Assembly (NCBI GenBank): GCA_963806225.1
Contig: CAWDXG010000004.1
Coordinates: 3,008,001-3,072,000 of the forward strand
Length of the DNA: 64,000 bases
Reading direction: 5' to 3'
Source: an uncultured delta proteobacterium
Lineage (GTDB): Bacteria; Myxococcota_A; Polyangia; Polyangiales; Polyangiaceae
A program made the position numbers and the translations under genes. The notes beneath the pieces were generated by a model. That model was not told the origin of the DNA. It ran no database searches and saw only the letters and a program-made list of their open reading frames with translations. The number at the start of each line of letters is the position of its first letter. Position 1 is the stretch's first letter. Below, piece by piece: positions 12,121 to 25,990 of this stretch.

Positions 12121-12689
12121 GGCTGAACGCAGCAGTCGAGTTCGGCCTTCGTCTCGTCGAGCTCGAAGAGCAGACGGGACGACCTGTCCCGGAAGTGGTT
12201 CTTCGCGCTACGAATCAACGCATCTCGGAGATTGTGACGGTGCTGCTCGACCCGCGGCAGGCTCGCTTCGGAGCGGCCTACGCTGACCGCGCAGCGATGA
12301 TCGAAGACGCCGTCGGCTACATCGCGAGGCAGCCACTGCGCGATCGCGGGCTGCGCGAACGTGTTCATGGCCTGTCGAAGACCCGTGCCCAGCTGTCGCG
12401 CGGAGCTTCGGATCGCGTGCTCCACGGCCACGACAAGTTCTACCTTCTTCAGCGGAAGGACGCCCTTGCGCTTCGAGAAAGACTCGAGAAATGCGTCGTC
12501 GATGACGGCAACGACGAAGGACTCATCGCGCTGCTCGATGCCCTGGACTCGCTGGAGGGAACTTGGTTGATGTGCACCACCAAGGCCGGCGAGCTGATAC
12601 CGGCAACCGGCTCCGAGGTGGACAGCACCGATCTTGCAGGCGTGCTTCGAGCCATCCCACCCCTAGGGTCGAACCCCGCGGAGCAGTAG
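12111..12689 (+). CDS. Hypothetical helical protein, possibly 5'-truncated
   Basis: ORF 12195..12689 stays open upstream to a TAG at 12108-12110 (LNAAVEFGLRLVELEEQ...) with no good start codon or RBS. Confidence 0.4.
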   Translation, partial: TWSRLNAAVEFGLRLVELEEQTGRPVPEVVLRATNQRISEIVTVLLDPRQARFGAAYADRAAMIEDAVGYIARQPLRDRGLRERVHGLSKTRAQLSRGASDRVLHGHDKFYLLQRKDALALRERLEKCVVDDGNDEGLIALLDALDSLEGTWLMCTTKAGELIPATGSEVDSTDLAGVLRAIPPLGSNPAEQ

Positions 12690-12975
12690 AAACCTACGCT
12701 ATCTGGCGACGGATGGCACCTATCTCTTGACGACGTGGCCCCCGGGGATCGACTTCGCAGTTCGGGCGCTATGTCCCCCCCGCGGGCAACAGCTTCGCGC
12801 AGGAGCTCCAGGCGGGCTCAGCGCCAGCGGCTCAGCTCGGAGAGCAACGCCTCGAGCCTCTTCTCGTGCAGCACGAACAGCCGGCGCCGGACAAGCTTGG
12901 CGAAGTGCTGGACCGACGAGGCACGAACAGCGCGACGCGCTCTAGCAGGGGCGGAAACGCGCGCTATACTGCCGC

Positions 12976-13509
12976 GTGAAGACCGTCGCTTGGTTCGGGG
13001 CTCTGGCGTGCATCGCATGCGCGGGCAATGCGACCCGTACCGAGGCGCCGCCAGCGCGAGGCACCGCTGAGGCAGTGCAGCCGGACTCGGCACCGGCCCC
13101 AGCTCCTGCCGCCGCGCATGCACCGCCGTACCAGCAGCCGTCGCAGCTGCCGCCAAGCTATGGCGAGAACCGCAGTGTTCCTCGGTTTCCGCCGGCGTCG
13201 GAGCAGGAGCTCGCCTCGTGCGGCCGCTCGCGCGCGGGACTGTGGGCGTTCATCGGGCGGAGCTGCGCGCCCGAGAGCCCGGGGCCAGCCTGCCGCTATC
13301 TGCTGAAGATGAACGACGCGGGCGTCGAGCTCCTACCCACAGCAGGCGGGGTCACACTTCGCGGCGCCAAAGGCCAAAGCAAGGCGGGCGACACGCTCTA
13401 CGACATCGAGCACGGGCGCGGCTCCCTGCTCGTGGACGGTCCGCGAAACGAAGCGACGCTCCAACTCGGAAGCTCGCACTGCATCGGCACGCTGGTGCCT
13501 CCGCCGTGA
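12976..13509 (+). CDS. Hypothetical lipoprotein
   Basis: MKTVAWFGALACIAC signal/lipobox, Pro-rich linker, small Cys-containing beta domain. Confidence 0.6.
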   Translation: MKTVAWFGALACIACAGNATRTEAPPARGTAEAVQPDSAPAPAPAAAHAPPYQQPSQLPPSYGENRSVPRFPPASEQELASCGRSRAGLWAFIGRSCAPESPGPACRYLLKMNDAGVELLPTAGGVTLRGAKGQSKAGDTLYDIEHGRGSLLVDGPRNEATLQLGSSHCIGTLVPPP

Positions 13510-13603
13510 GCGCCACGCGCTTGCATGAATTCCCGGAGCTCCGTCAGCTCCGTTGTTTCAAGCACGCGCGTCGCGGCGTCGCGCGAAGGACCGTCGAAGC
13601 CGC

Positions 13604-16003
13604 CTAGCTCCGGTACGATCTGCGGCGCAGTGCGATGACGCCCAGACCGAGGACAATGAACCAGGCGTCTCTGCTTCGTCCGCTTCCACCGGATACACGG
13701 CAGCCGCAGCCGCCCTTGGCATTGGAGTTCGCGCTGCCCGAGCCTCCGCTGGGCGTGCCGCCATCAGCCGGTGTCCCGCCGCTTCCGCCGGTCGTTGCGC
13801 CCGCGCTTCCCCCGGCGCCCGCGGTGCCCGCGCTCCCCGCCGCGCCGGCCGTGCCCGTGCCGCCGCTGCCAGCTGCTCCGGAACTGCCCCCCGCGCTGGA
13901 ACCAGCGGTACCGGTGCCTCCCATGCCGCCACTGCCGCCGGAGCCTGTCGAGGCACAGCTGCCCGCCTGGCAGACGCCGCTACCGCTGTTGCAGGACGTG
14001 CCATCCGCCAGAACGCTGCACGTACCTTCGCTACCGGACACGTCGCACGCCTGGCAGTCGTCGGTCTGTCCGCCGCCGCAAGCCGTGTCGCAGCAGACGC
14101 CGTCCGCGCAGTGGCCACTCCTGCAGTCCCCGTCCGCGCTGCAGCTCTGGCCGTTGGCAGCGCCCTGAAGGACATACACGTACGCCGAGCCCTTGTTCGT
14201 GCCGCTACCATGGGCGCCCACCACAGCCGAGGTACCGTCCACGCTCACCGAGTGCCCGAAGTAGGCCAGCGCCGCCCCATCGGAAGCAAGCAGCTTGTGC
14301 TGCTCGGTCCACGTACTTCCGTTGCGCTGGAACACGTACGCCGAGCCGCTGCCGCCACCGTTGTCCTGATCACGCTCGGCACCGACGACAGCCGTGTCTC
14401 CGCTCACGCTCACCGAAGCGCCGAACCAGTCTCCCATGGCGCCGTCGGAGGCGAGCAGCTTCTGTTGCTCGGTCCAGACGGTTCCACTGCGCACGAACGC
14501 GTAGGCCGCTCCGTACTGGCTGTTCTCGAGAATCCGCTCCAACGAGCACGGTGTCGCCGCTCACACCGACGGATACCCCGAACTCATCGCCCGCGGCGCC
14601 ATCCGACGGCAGGAGCTGCTGCTGCTCTGTCCACGTCGTGCCGCTGCGCACGCCGCGCCGCTCTTGGAGCCGACAGCGTTGTGTGTTGCGGCACCGACTA
14701 CCAGGGTGTCCGCGCTCACGCTGACGGAGTTGCCGAAGTTGTCGTCGTAGTAGAAATCGGAAGCTGCGAGCTTCTGTTGCTCGGTCCACGTGGCGCCACT
14801 CCGGACAAACACGTAGGCCGCTCCGCTCCATGCGCGGCCTTGGATGTCCGCGTAGGGAGCGCCGGCCACAGCGGTGTCTCCGTTCAGGCTTACGGACCGT
14901 CCTACGTTCTCGCCGGTTCCGCCGTCGGTGGTGAGGAGCTTCTGTTGCTGGGTCCACGTTCCATTGTTGCGCACAAACACGTAGGCGGCGTTTGCTCCGG
15001 GCGCGCCGAGAAGCGCGGTGTCGCCGTCGGCGCTGACCGAGGCGCCGAAGCCGTCGGTCGAAGAGGCATACGATGCGCTGAGTCCCTGCTGCTTCTTCCA
15101 TACGTTGTTGGTGCGCACGAACACGTAGGCGGAGCCCGTGCCCGGTCCGGCGATGCCGTCGCCCGGCGCGCCGACGAGTGCCGTGTCCCCGCTGACGCTC
15201 ACCGACGTGGCGAACTGGTCGCCGGCCATCCCGTCGGACGCGAGCAACTCCTGCTGCTCTGCCCACACCAGCGGATCGATACGCAACGGATAGCGCGCGT
15301 TCCGGTCATCGACGCTCACCACTATCGCGTTGCCGTCCACGGAAAGCGAGGCCGCGAGCAGCCGGCCTCCAGCATCCCGGGCGAAGAGCTTGCCGTAGCG
15401 AAGCGGCGTGGTGCCGTCCGCAGCGCGTAGGCGGACCTCGCCACCGGCGAGCTCGGGACGCAGGCCACCGCTGATATCCATGCGCAGAAGCAGCGAGCCT
15501 GATGCGATCGGCAGCGGCTTCTCGCGCAGATCAAACCCCTGCTCGATCCCCGCGGGACCGTTCAGGTACCACTCGGAGAGCGTGCCGTACTGCAAGGCGA
15601 CCCGGTTGCGGCCGAACGTGGGCCGAACGGGTGGCAGGGACTCGACCTGCGCCGCGCGTCCCACCTGCGCGAGGCGCAGAGAGAGCGACCAGCCAGTCGC
15701 GCTCGCCGCATCGATGCGCGCTGCACCGCGACGCGTGATCGCGAACTTCAACGCCTGGGCGGGGTTGGAGCCGACCACGGCGCCATCGATTCGCCGATGG
15801 AGGTTGTAGCTGATCGGAGCATCCCGCTGGACGGCCGCCAGACTCGCAGTCTGCGGCGTAGGCGGGAGAGCCGCGACCTGTTGCCGAGCCGGGGCCCTCG
15901 CCGGAGAGGCGACTCCACCGGCAGGCAGCTCGTCGCGCGAGCCGCACGCGACCGTCGTCATGAACAAAAGTAGCCAGAACCGACCAGCGCTCCACTTCAC
16001 CAT
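13604..16003 (-). CDS. FG-GAP repeat (integrin-like beta-propeller) surface protein with Cys-rich module and MYXO-CTERM; two frameshifts (~14650, ~14525)
   Basis: Repeats 'QQKLLASDG..GD.FG.SVSVSGDTAVVGA...GSAYVFVR.G..W' span three frames; C-terminal GGCGCRV...AWFIVLGLGVIALRRR sorting signal. Confidence 0.85.
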
Positions 16004-16240
16004 GTGCACCCACTTTCCACGAGCAACCCAGCAGAGCACGCCAAAGGACTACATCGGGCCTTGGTGCGTCCAGCGCCTACGTCGTGCATGTGCGTCGCGT
16101 CGCGCTCGACGCGGCGCCGGGATCCGTTTCGGCGCGCGGGGGGCGAAAAAGCCAGCGCGCCCGGCAAAGCGGATGCCTACCGGTCCTCCAGAGAAGTGAA
16201 AGCGCCCAGCGCGGCTACAGCGCCGCCCAGAGACGTGTTG

Positions 16241-16314
16241 CGCGCCCGGCAGGATTCGAACCTGCGACTTCTAGCTCCGGAGGCTAGCGCTCTATCCAGC
16301 TGAGCTACGGGCGC
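16241..16314 (-). tRNA. tRNA-Arg(CCG), CCA not encoded
   Basis: GCGCCCGTAGCTCAGCTGGATAGAGCG-CTAGC-CTCCGGA-GCTAG-AAGTCGCAGGTTCGAATCCTGC-CGGGCGCG; full cloverleaf, followed by CAA. Confidence 0.97.
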
Positions 16315-16387
16315 AGAACTACAAGGAAAATCCCCGAGAACCGGTTCGGCCGGCGCTTCGAGGACGGGGAGTGTACCCTGAGCCGCG

Positions 16388-17158
16388 ATGCATATCACGC
16401 CGGTTCCGTGTCTGAGAGACAACTATGCCTACCTGATCCGGGCCGAGGGGTCGAAACAGGCCCTGGTGGTCGACCCGAGCGAGGCGCCGCCCGTCCTGGC
16501 GGCTCTGGAGCGGGAGGGCCTCACGCTGGCGGGGATCCTCAACACCCACCACCACTGGGATCACGTCGGCGGCAACAGCGACCTGGTCCAGCACTTCGGC
16601 AAGCTCCCGGTCTACGGCCATGCCTCGGACAAGGGTCGCATCGCCGAGCAGAGCGAGCTGCTCGAGCACGGCGACGAGTTCGACGCCGCCGGACTGCACT
16701 TCTCGATCATGCACATTCCGGGACACACGCTCGGCGCTGTCGCCTACATCACCGATCACGCGGTGTTCACGGGCGACACGCTGTTCGCGGCCGGCTGCGG
16801 CCGGCTCTTCGAGGGCACGCCCGCGCAGATGTACGAATCGCTCAACGTCAAGCTCGGTTCGCTCCCGGACGACACGCTCGTCTACTGCGGACACGAATAC
16901 ACGCAGAACAACCTGCGCTTCGCCGAGCACATCGAGCCGGGCAACCAGGCGATGCGCGACAAGGCCGCGAAGGTGGCGGAGCTGCGCTCGCGCGGGGAAC
17001 CGACCGTACCGTCGACGATTGGCGAGGAACGGAAGACCAATCCGTTCATGCGCTGCGACAGCGCCGCGATCATCGAGAAGGTCGCGGCCCACCTGTCAGG
17101 CGATCGGAGCCCAGCAGCCGTACTCGGTGCGGTGAGGGCTGCCAAGGACGCGTTCTAG
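16388..17158 (+). CDS. gloB: Hydroxyacylglutathione hydrolase (glyoxalase II)
   Basis: DNYAYL, THHHWDH, PGHT, FTGDTLF..GCGRLFEG, YCGHEYT..NLRFA, TNPFMR motifs. Confidence 0.95.
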   Translation: MHITPVPCLRDNYAYLIRAEGSKQALVVDPSEAPPVLAALEREGLTLAGILNTHHHWDHVGGNSDLVQHFGKLPVYGHASDKGRIAEQSELLEHGDEFDAAGLHFSIMHIPGHTLGAVAYITDHAVFTGDTLFAAGCGRLFEGTPAQMYESLNVKLGSLPDDTLVYCGHEYTQNNLRFAEHIEPGNQAMRDKAAKVAELRSRGEPTVPSTIGEERKTNPFMRCDSAAIIEKVAAHLSGDRSPAAVLGAVRAAKDAF

Positions 17159-17161
17159 CGC

Positions 17162-18169
17162 ATGCGGGCGCTCGTCCTGGCCGCGCTGCTCGTCGCGGGC
17201 TGCGACGGTTGCGCGCATCACGCTCCGCCCACCGCCCACGCCTCGACGAGCAGCCCGTCCATCGCCGCTGCGCCGTCCGTTTCCGCTTCGGGCAGAAGGG
17301 CCCCATCGCCCGCAAAGCCTGTTCCCGCCCGCGAGCTGACCTGGGTCTACCGGAACAATGCGGTCGGCCCGATGCAGGTCGTGGTGTCGATTCCGGCGCA
17401 TCGCCCCGACCAGAAATTCCCCGTGCTGGTCGCGCTGCACGGCCGGGGCGAGGCGTTCAAGGGCGCGGCACGCGGCGCGCGGGGCTGGGTCGAGGACTAC
17501 CGGATGCCCGAGGCCATCGAACGGCTGCGCCATCCGCCGCTCACCGACCAGGATTTCGGTGGCATGTCCGACCCGGCACGCCTCGCGCGCATCAACACGA
17601 GCCTCGCGAAGCAGCCGTACCGGGGGCTCATTGTCGTCTGCCCCTACACGCCGGATATCCTCGCCGGGGACCGTCCGTTCTCCGCCGCGAAGCCGCTGTC
17701 CCACTTCGTGGTCGACGAGCTGCTCCCACGCGTCTACCGCGAGACCCCCGCGATCGGAACGCAGGCGAGCACGGGTATCGATGGCGTAAGCCTCGGCGGG
17801 CGCGCCTCGCTCCTGGTCGGGTTCATGCGTCCAGACGCATTCCACGTGGTGGCGTCGCTGCAGGCGGCTTTCGATGCGGCGGAAGCCCCCGCGCTGATCC
17901 GGTTGGCGGACAAGGCCCGCCAGGAGAACCCGGGGCTTGTGATCCGCCTGCTGACGAGCAGCCACGACTTCTTCCGCGAGGACAACTACGAGATCGCCCA
18001 CGAGATGACGCGCGCGGGGATCCCCCACGAGCTGGTGGAAGTACGCGGGACGCACAGCTACCAGTTCAATCGCGGCCCGGGCGTCTACGAGATGCTCCTG
18101 TTCCACGACCGCACCCTGCGCGGTGAGCCGGCGCTCGACAGCCGGCACGACGGAGGGCGCGCCCGCTAG
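17162..18169 (+). CDS. Alpha/beta-hydrolase (esterase family) lipoprotein
   Basis: Lipobox LVAGC; PVLVALHG; nucleophile elbow GVSLGG; C-terminal GTH. Confidence 0.8.
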   Translation: MRALVLAALLVAGCDGCAHHAPPTAHASTSSPSIAAAPSVSASGRRAPSPAKPVPARELTWVYRNNAVGPMQVVVSIPAHRPDQKFPVLVALHGRGEAFKGAARGARGWVEDYRMPEAIERLRHPPLTDQDFGGMSDPARLARINTSLAKQPYRGLIVVCPYTPDILAGDRPFSAAKPLSHFVVDELLPRVYRETPAIGTQASTGIDGVSLGGRASLLVGFMRPDAFHVVASLQAAFDAAEAPALIRLADKARQENPGLVIRLLTSSHDFFREDNYEIAHEMTRAGIPHELVEVRGTHSYQFNRGPGVYEMLLFHDRTLRGEPALDSRHDGGRAR

Positions 18170-18516
18170 TCGAAGCCTTCGGCGCCCAGAAGCTCGACCA
18201 ACGCGCGCAGCACCGAACCCGACTGGTGCTCGAAACGCAACCCGATACGCCGCGTCCGGGCCTCGGGCAGATCGCGATTCCACACGATGCGCCCGTCGAG
18301 TCTGAGCGGGTCCCAGAGGTGCGGAGCCATCACCTCGAGCTCCACCCGGTCGCCCGAGAGCCGCCCGCCGGCCGCGCCCGAGAGCTCCACGCATGCTCCG
18401 CCGAGCCCAAGATCCACGAGCCTCGCGGGGAGCTCGATGCCGCCGTCCGCCCGGAGCGTGGCCCGCAGATTGATGGATCGACGGGCTAGCGAACGGAAAT
18501 GGTCGCGGGCCGCCAT
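18166..18516 (-). CDS. PilZ domain protein
   Basis: RxxxR (FRSLARR) and DLGLGG motif, GRIVW, IGLRF. Confidence 0.8.
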   Translation of the reverse strand: MAARDHFRSLARRSINLRATLRADGGIELPARLVDLGLGGACVELSGAAGGRLSGDRVELEVMAPHLWDPLRLDGRIVWNRDLPEARTRRIGLRFEHQSGSVLRALVELLGAEGFD

Positions 18517-18717
18517 GGTGGGGAAACGCCACGTTAACACGGCGCATCGCCCCCGGACCCGGGTCACGACCCGCGGCTCGAAGGCGAGGAACCGGCCCGC
18601 GGGCCCTTCCCGAGGTTGCGGGGCACTGAACTACTTGGGTATATCCCGACCCCTCCGCTACGATAGCTCGCCTATAACCGGCACACGCACAGGCGACAGC
18701 TCGGGAGCTGACAGCTA

Positions 18718-20194
18718 ATGGCCCAGGATACGCGAAAAGATCCGCGCGCAAAGGTGCTCACGATGACGGTCCGCTACAAGAGCGCGACCCTCGACGAGTT
18801 CATCGAGCACCACTCCCACGACGTCAGTCGCGGTGGAATGTTCATCAAGACCCCCTCGCCGTTCCCGCCCGGCACGCTCCTCAAGTTCGAGGTGAAGATC
18901 GCCGAGGACCAGAAGGTGATGCAGGGCGTCGGACGCGTCGTGTGGAAACGGGAGTCCTCCGAGGCGGACAGCGACGAACGACCGGCAGGCATGGGCGTCA
19001 AGTTCATCAAGATCGATGGCGAATCGAAGAGCCTCATCGATCAGCTGGTGACGACCCGGGGTGAAGGCGACAGCGCCTTCGAAGAAGGCCAGGAGGGCGG
19101 CGCAGCCGCCACGCCGGCAGCAGCTGCCCCCTCGGAAAAGCCGGCTGCTTCCTCGAAGCCAGCAGAATCCGAGAAGCCCGCTGCAAAACCGGCGGAGTCC
19201 GTCAAGCCGGCTGCCGAGAAGAAATCCGGGGGCCCCATCCGCAAGGCGACCATGATCGGCCTGGGTGCGATTGGCACAAGCCAGCCGCCCGAGGGCAAGA
19301 AGGACGAAGAGCCGGAAGAAGAGAAGGAGCCGGAAGCCGAGAAGCAAGGAGAGTCCTTCTTCCCCAAGACGGAATCGGAGCAGGAGATGCCTCCGCCCGA
19401 AGACCGCACCGTGATGAAGCAGGCGGCCGAGCTGCTGGAGGATGCGCTGAAGGAAGCCGGCGGTTCGATGGACGAGGTTGGCGAGCAAAAGAAGGCAGAG
19501 CCCGCCGAGGAGAAGAAGGAAGAAAAGAAGGCGGACAAGCCCGCCGAAGAGAAGAAGGAAGAAAAGGGAGCCGAGAAGAAGGAAGAAAAGGGAGCCGAGA
19601 AGAAGGAAGAAAAGGCTCCGGAGTCGACCTCGCAAGAAGCCCGCCGAGCAGAAGCCCGAGCGCAAGCCCGCGGCCGCCGTTGCGCCACCCGCCGAGAAGC
19701 AGGAGGGCGGCGGAGGCAAGATGGTCTGGCTGCTACTGGGTGTAGTGGTCGTCGCCACCGCGCTGTTTTTCCTGACCAGGCCGAAGACGCCCCCTGCTAC
19801 CGAGCCGACCGCCGAGCCCAGCGCCGAGATGCCCACCGAGCCGGTCGCAACCGAAACGGCTAGCGCGGAAGAAGAGGCAGACGCAGCTCCCGCCGAAGAA
19901 GACGCTGCCGCGGAGACCCAGGCAGCGCCTTCGGCCTCGGCCTCGGCCCCGGCGTCGGCCACTGCCGCGCCGGCTCCTACGCCGACTCCCGCGCCGAAGC
20001 CGCAACCCAAGCCCAAGCCCGTCGCCGTGAAGCCGAAGCCGAAGCCGAAGCCGAAGCCGCAACCCAAGCCCAAGCCCACCGCGACGGCCGCGCCCAAGCC
20101 CACCGCGACGGCCGCGCCCAAGCCCACCGCGACGGCCGCGCCCAAGCCCAAGCCCAAGCCGACGACCACTGCGCCGAGCGACAACCCGTACTGA
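18718..20194 (+). CDS. TIGR02266-type (myxobacterial PilZ-like) domain protein with charged linker, TM and Pro/Lys-rich tail; frameshift ~19625
   Basis: RKDPR...DVSRGGMFIKT..P..PGT...GRVVW...GMGVKF; continues in ORF 19478..20194 (TM WLLLGVVVVATALFFL, ends DNPY). Confidence 0.85.
19549..19615 (+). repeat. 24-bp coding tandem repeat (EKKEEKGA)
   Basis: gagaagaaggaagaaaagggagcc about 2.8 copies. Confidence 0.85.
20072..20143 (+). repeat. 24-bp coding tandem repeat (KPTATAAP x3)
   Basis: aagcccaccgcgacggccgcgccc three exact copies, flanked by KP dipeptide runs. Confidence 0.9.
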
Positions 20195-20305
20195 TCGCCA
20201 GCTTCCGGGCCGGAAGGCGCCCACGTCGGTCCGCCGGGGTGGCGAAATCCGCATTGCCTACGCAGAGCTAGAACGTGCAGGCGCGTCCGGCCGCGGGCAG
20301 CTAGA

Positions 20306-22560
<2,255 letters not shown>

Positions 22561-22596
22561 GATCGCTGGACCGCGGCAAGCCGGACGTTCGCTAGC

Positions 22597-23829
22597 ATGC
22601 CGGCGATGCCACGGCGGAACCTGCTCGCCTCCAGAGCCTTCTGGCCCTCCATCGGTGCCTTGGCGCTGCTTGCGGCGTGTTCGGGAAGCGGACCCACGGC
22701 AGGTCCGTCCGACGCCGGCTACGGTGGAATGGGCGCCGCGGACGGGGGGAACACGGGCGGCTCGAGCGGCACTGGAGGCGCGTCGAGCGGCGGCGCAGGC
22801 GGCACGTCCGCTGCCGGCGGAACAGGCGGCGTCGCGGGCGCCGGTGGCGGCGCAGGTGCGACAAGCCAGGCTTTCGTAAGCCCGAGCGGCACCAGCTTCG
22901 TCCAGAACGGGCAGGACTACAGCTTCGTGGGAGCCAACCTACGCGGCATCACCGACTACGGGCACGGCGACGCCCTGCCCTATGCGGACGCGGGCCAGAT
23001 CGAGCTGAGTCTGTCGGCGGTGCAGGGCATGAACGGCAAGGTGATCCGCGCCTTCACCGCCTACAAGGGCATCGATGCCCAGACAACCGGCGATCGACTC
23101 GGCGCAGTGCTCGACGCGGCGGAGAGCCACGGCATCACCGTCATCGTCGTGCTGACGGATTTCTACGCGACGGACTTCCATCCGCAAGGCGACGACGGCT
23201 TCTACGCCAACGACCTCAACGGCTACACCGTACTCGACCATGACTTCTTCGCGAGCGGATACCAGCAGAACTACAAGCCCGAGGTGCAGGCGCTGGTCTC
23301 CCGCTTCAAGGACCATCCGGCGATCTTCTCCTGGGAGCTCGGCAACGAGATCCGCGACGCGACGTTCTCCAACTCGAGCGCCGACACGTTCATCGCGTTC
23401 TGCAAGGACATGGCCTCGAGCATCCACGCAGTCGATTCGAACCACATGATCTCGGTGGGCGAGATCAGCGCGCTCGGCGGCATGAGCCAAGCCCAGGCCC
23501 AGCAGCTCTACGGGGATCCGGATATCTCGTTCCTCACCATCCGCAGCTACGACGGCGGCACCACCGACGACACGGGCCTCGCCCAGAGCCTGGGCAAGCC
23601 GATCATCGTGGAGGAAGCCGGCTACCAGTCGGGCGACCGCCCCACGGAGCTCGGCGCGGATCTCTCGAAGTGGTTCGGCAGGGGCGTACGCGGCTATCTG
23701 CAGTGGGGCTACGTCGCCGCCACCAGCGACAACGGCGATGGCGACAAGATGTACGGCATGGACCGCATCTTCCACGCCGACTGGGACGGCCTGTACGCCA
23801 CATACAAGGGTTTCGGCCAGAAGCTCTGA
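22597..23829 (+). CDS. Glycoside hydrolase family 5-like (mannanase/cellulase) lipoprotein
   Basis: Lipobox LAAC; Gly linker; FVGAN, HPAIFSWELGNE (acid/base), GKPIIVEEAG (nucleophile). Confidence 0.85.
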   Translation: MPAMPRRNLLASRAFWPSIGALALLAACSGSGPTAGPSDAGYGGMGAADGGNTGGSSGTGGASSGGAGGTSAAGGTGGVAGAGGGAGATSQAFVSPSGTSFVQNGQDYSFVGANLRGITDYGHGDALPYADAGQIELSLSAVQGMNGKVIRAFTAYKGIDAQTTGDRLGAVLDAAESHGITVIVVLTDFYATDFHPQGDDGFYANDLNGYTVLDHDFFASGYQQNYKPEVQALVSRFKDHPAIFSWELGNEIRDATFSNSSADTFIAFCKDMASSIHAVDSNHMISVGEISALGGMSQAQAQQLYGDPDISFLTIRSYDGGTTDDTGLAQSLGKPIIVEEAGYQSGDRPTELGADLSKWFGRGVRGYLQWGYVAATSDNGDGDKMYGMDRIFHADWDGLYATYKGFGQKL

Positions 23830-23900
23830 GGCCTGCTGCCCCGGATCGCGGACCGGCCCGAACCGGCCGAGGGCAGCGCCGCATGCTAGAACGGCTCGCG

Positions 23901-24725
<825 letters not shown>

Positions 24726-24731
24726 CGGCGC

Positions 24732-25940
24732 TCAGCGGTACTTCTTGAGCTCCAGCCGCGCCACCATGCCGCGGTGCACCTCGTCAGGTCCGTCGGCAAG
24801 CCGCAGCACGCGCGCCATGGCCATCAGCCGCGCCAGCTCCGCGTCGGCGACACCCTCGCCGCCGTGGATCTGTATGGTGGCGTCCACCACCTGCTGCAGC
24901 ACATTCGGCGCGATGACCTTGATCGCCGAGATATCCGTGAGTGCGCCGAAGGTGCCGTACTGATCGAGCGCCCAGGCTGCCTTCAGCGTGAGCAGGCGCG
25001 CCTGGTCGATCGCCATGCGACAGTTGGCGATGATGTCGCGGTTGCCACCCAGGTTCGCCAGCGGTTTGCCGAACGCGACACGACCCATGGCGCGCTGGCA
25101 CAGCCGCTCGAGCGCGCGCTCCGCCGCGCCGATGCAGCGCATGCAGTGGTGGATGCGACCAGGGCCGAGGCGCCCCTGCGCGATTTCGAAGCCGCGCCCC
25201 GGGCCCGCGATCATGTTCGACAGCGGCACCCGCACGTCCTTGAACACGACTTCGCCATGGCCGTGCGGCTCATCGAGATGGCCGAACACCGGGAGCATGC
25301 GCACAATATCCACGCCGGGCGCGTCGATCGGCACGATGACCATGGAGTGCCGTTGATGACGCTCGGCATCCGGGTCCGTCACGCCCATGAAGATCAGGAA
25401 GCGGCAGCGCGGGTCGCCCGCCCCGCTCGTCCACCACTTCTGGCCGTTGATGACGACTTCATCGCGCTCGGCAACGCAGGTCGCCTGCATGTTGGTCGCG
25501 TCGCTCGACGCAACCGCCGGCTCCGTCATCGCAAAACCGGAGCGTATCTCGCCGTTCAGTAGCGGGTGCAGCCACTGCTTCTTCTGCTCGTCGCTGCCGT
25601 AGCGATACAGGACTTCCGCGTTGCCCGTGTCGGGCGCACTGCAGTTGAATACCTCCGGAGCGATCATGCTGCGACCCATGATCTCGGCGAGCGGAGCATA
25701 GTCGCGATTGTCGAGCCCGGCGCCGATCTCGCTATCGGGCAGAAACAGGTTCCACAACCCGAGTTCCCTGGCTTCGGCCTTGAGCTTCTCCATCACAGAG
25801 GGGATGCGCCACTTCCTGAAGTCGTCCGTATGCACGAGCTCGTCGAAGTACTTCGGCTCGCTGGGCAGCACGCGTTCCTTCATGAAGCGTTCAAGCGTCG
25901 ACATGTGGTCGCGCGCGCGTTCGGAATGCTCGAAGTCCAT
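24732..25940 (-). CDS. Acyl-CoA dehydrogenase
   Basis: [48 protein letters not shown]. Confidence 0.95.
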   Translation of the reverse strand: MDFEHSERARDHMSTLERFMKERVLPSEPKYFDELVHTDDFRKWRIPSVMEKLKAEARELGLWNLFLPDSEIGAGLDNRDYAPLAEIMGRSMIAPEVFNCSAPDTGNAEVLYRYGSDEQKKQWLHPLLNGEIRSGFAMTEPAVASSDATNMQATCVAERDEVVINGQKWWTSGAGDPRCRFLIFMGVTDPDAERHQRHSMVIVPIDAPGVDIVRMLPVFGHLDEPHGHGEVVFKDVRVPLSNMIAGPGRGFEIAQGRLGPGRIHHCMRCIGAAERALERLCQRAMGRVAFGKPLANLGGNRDIIANCRMAIDQARLLTLKAAWALDQYGTFGALTDISAIKVIAPNVLQQVVDATIQIHGGEGVADAELARLMAMARVLRLADGPDEVHRGMVARLELKKYR

Positions 25941-25990
25941 GACTGCTCCTTTTGTGGGCCTGTCGTAGCACCGCTTCGGCCGGTAGTCGT

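Noticed and set aside
19500..20165. Short tandem repeats as a CRISPR array
   Set aside because: The repeats are contiguous, in-frame coding units with no unique spacers and no cas genes.
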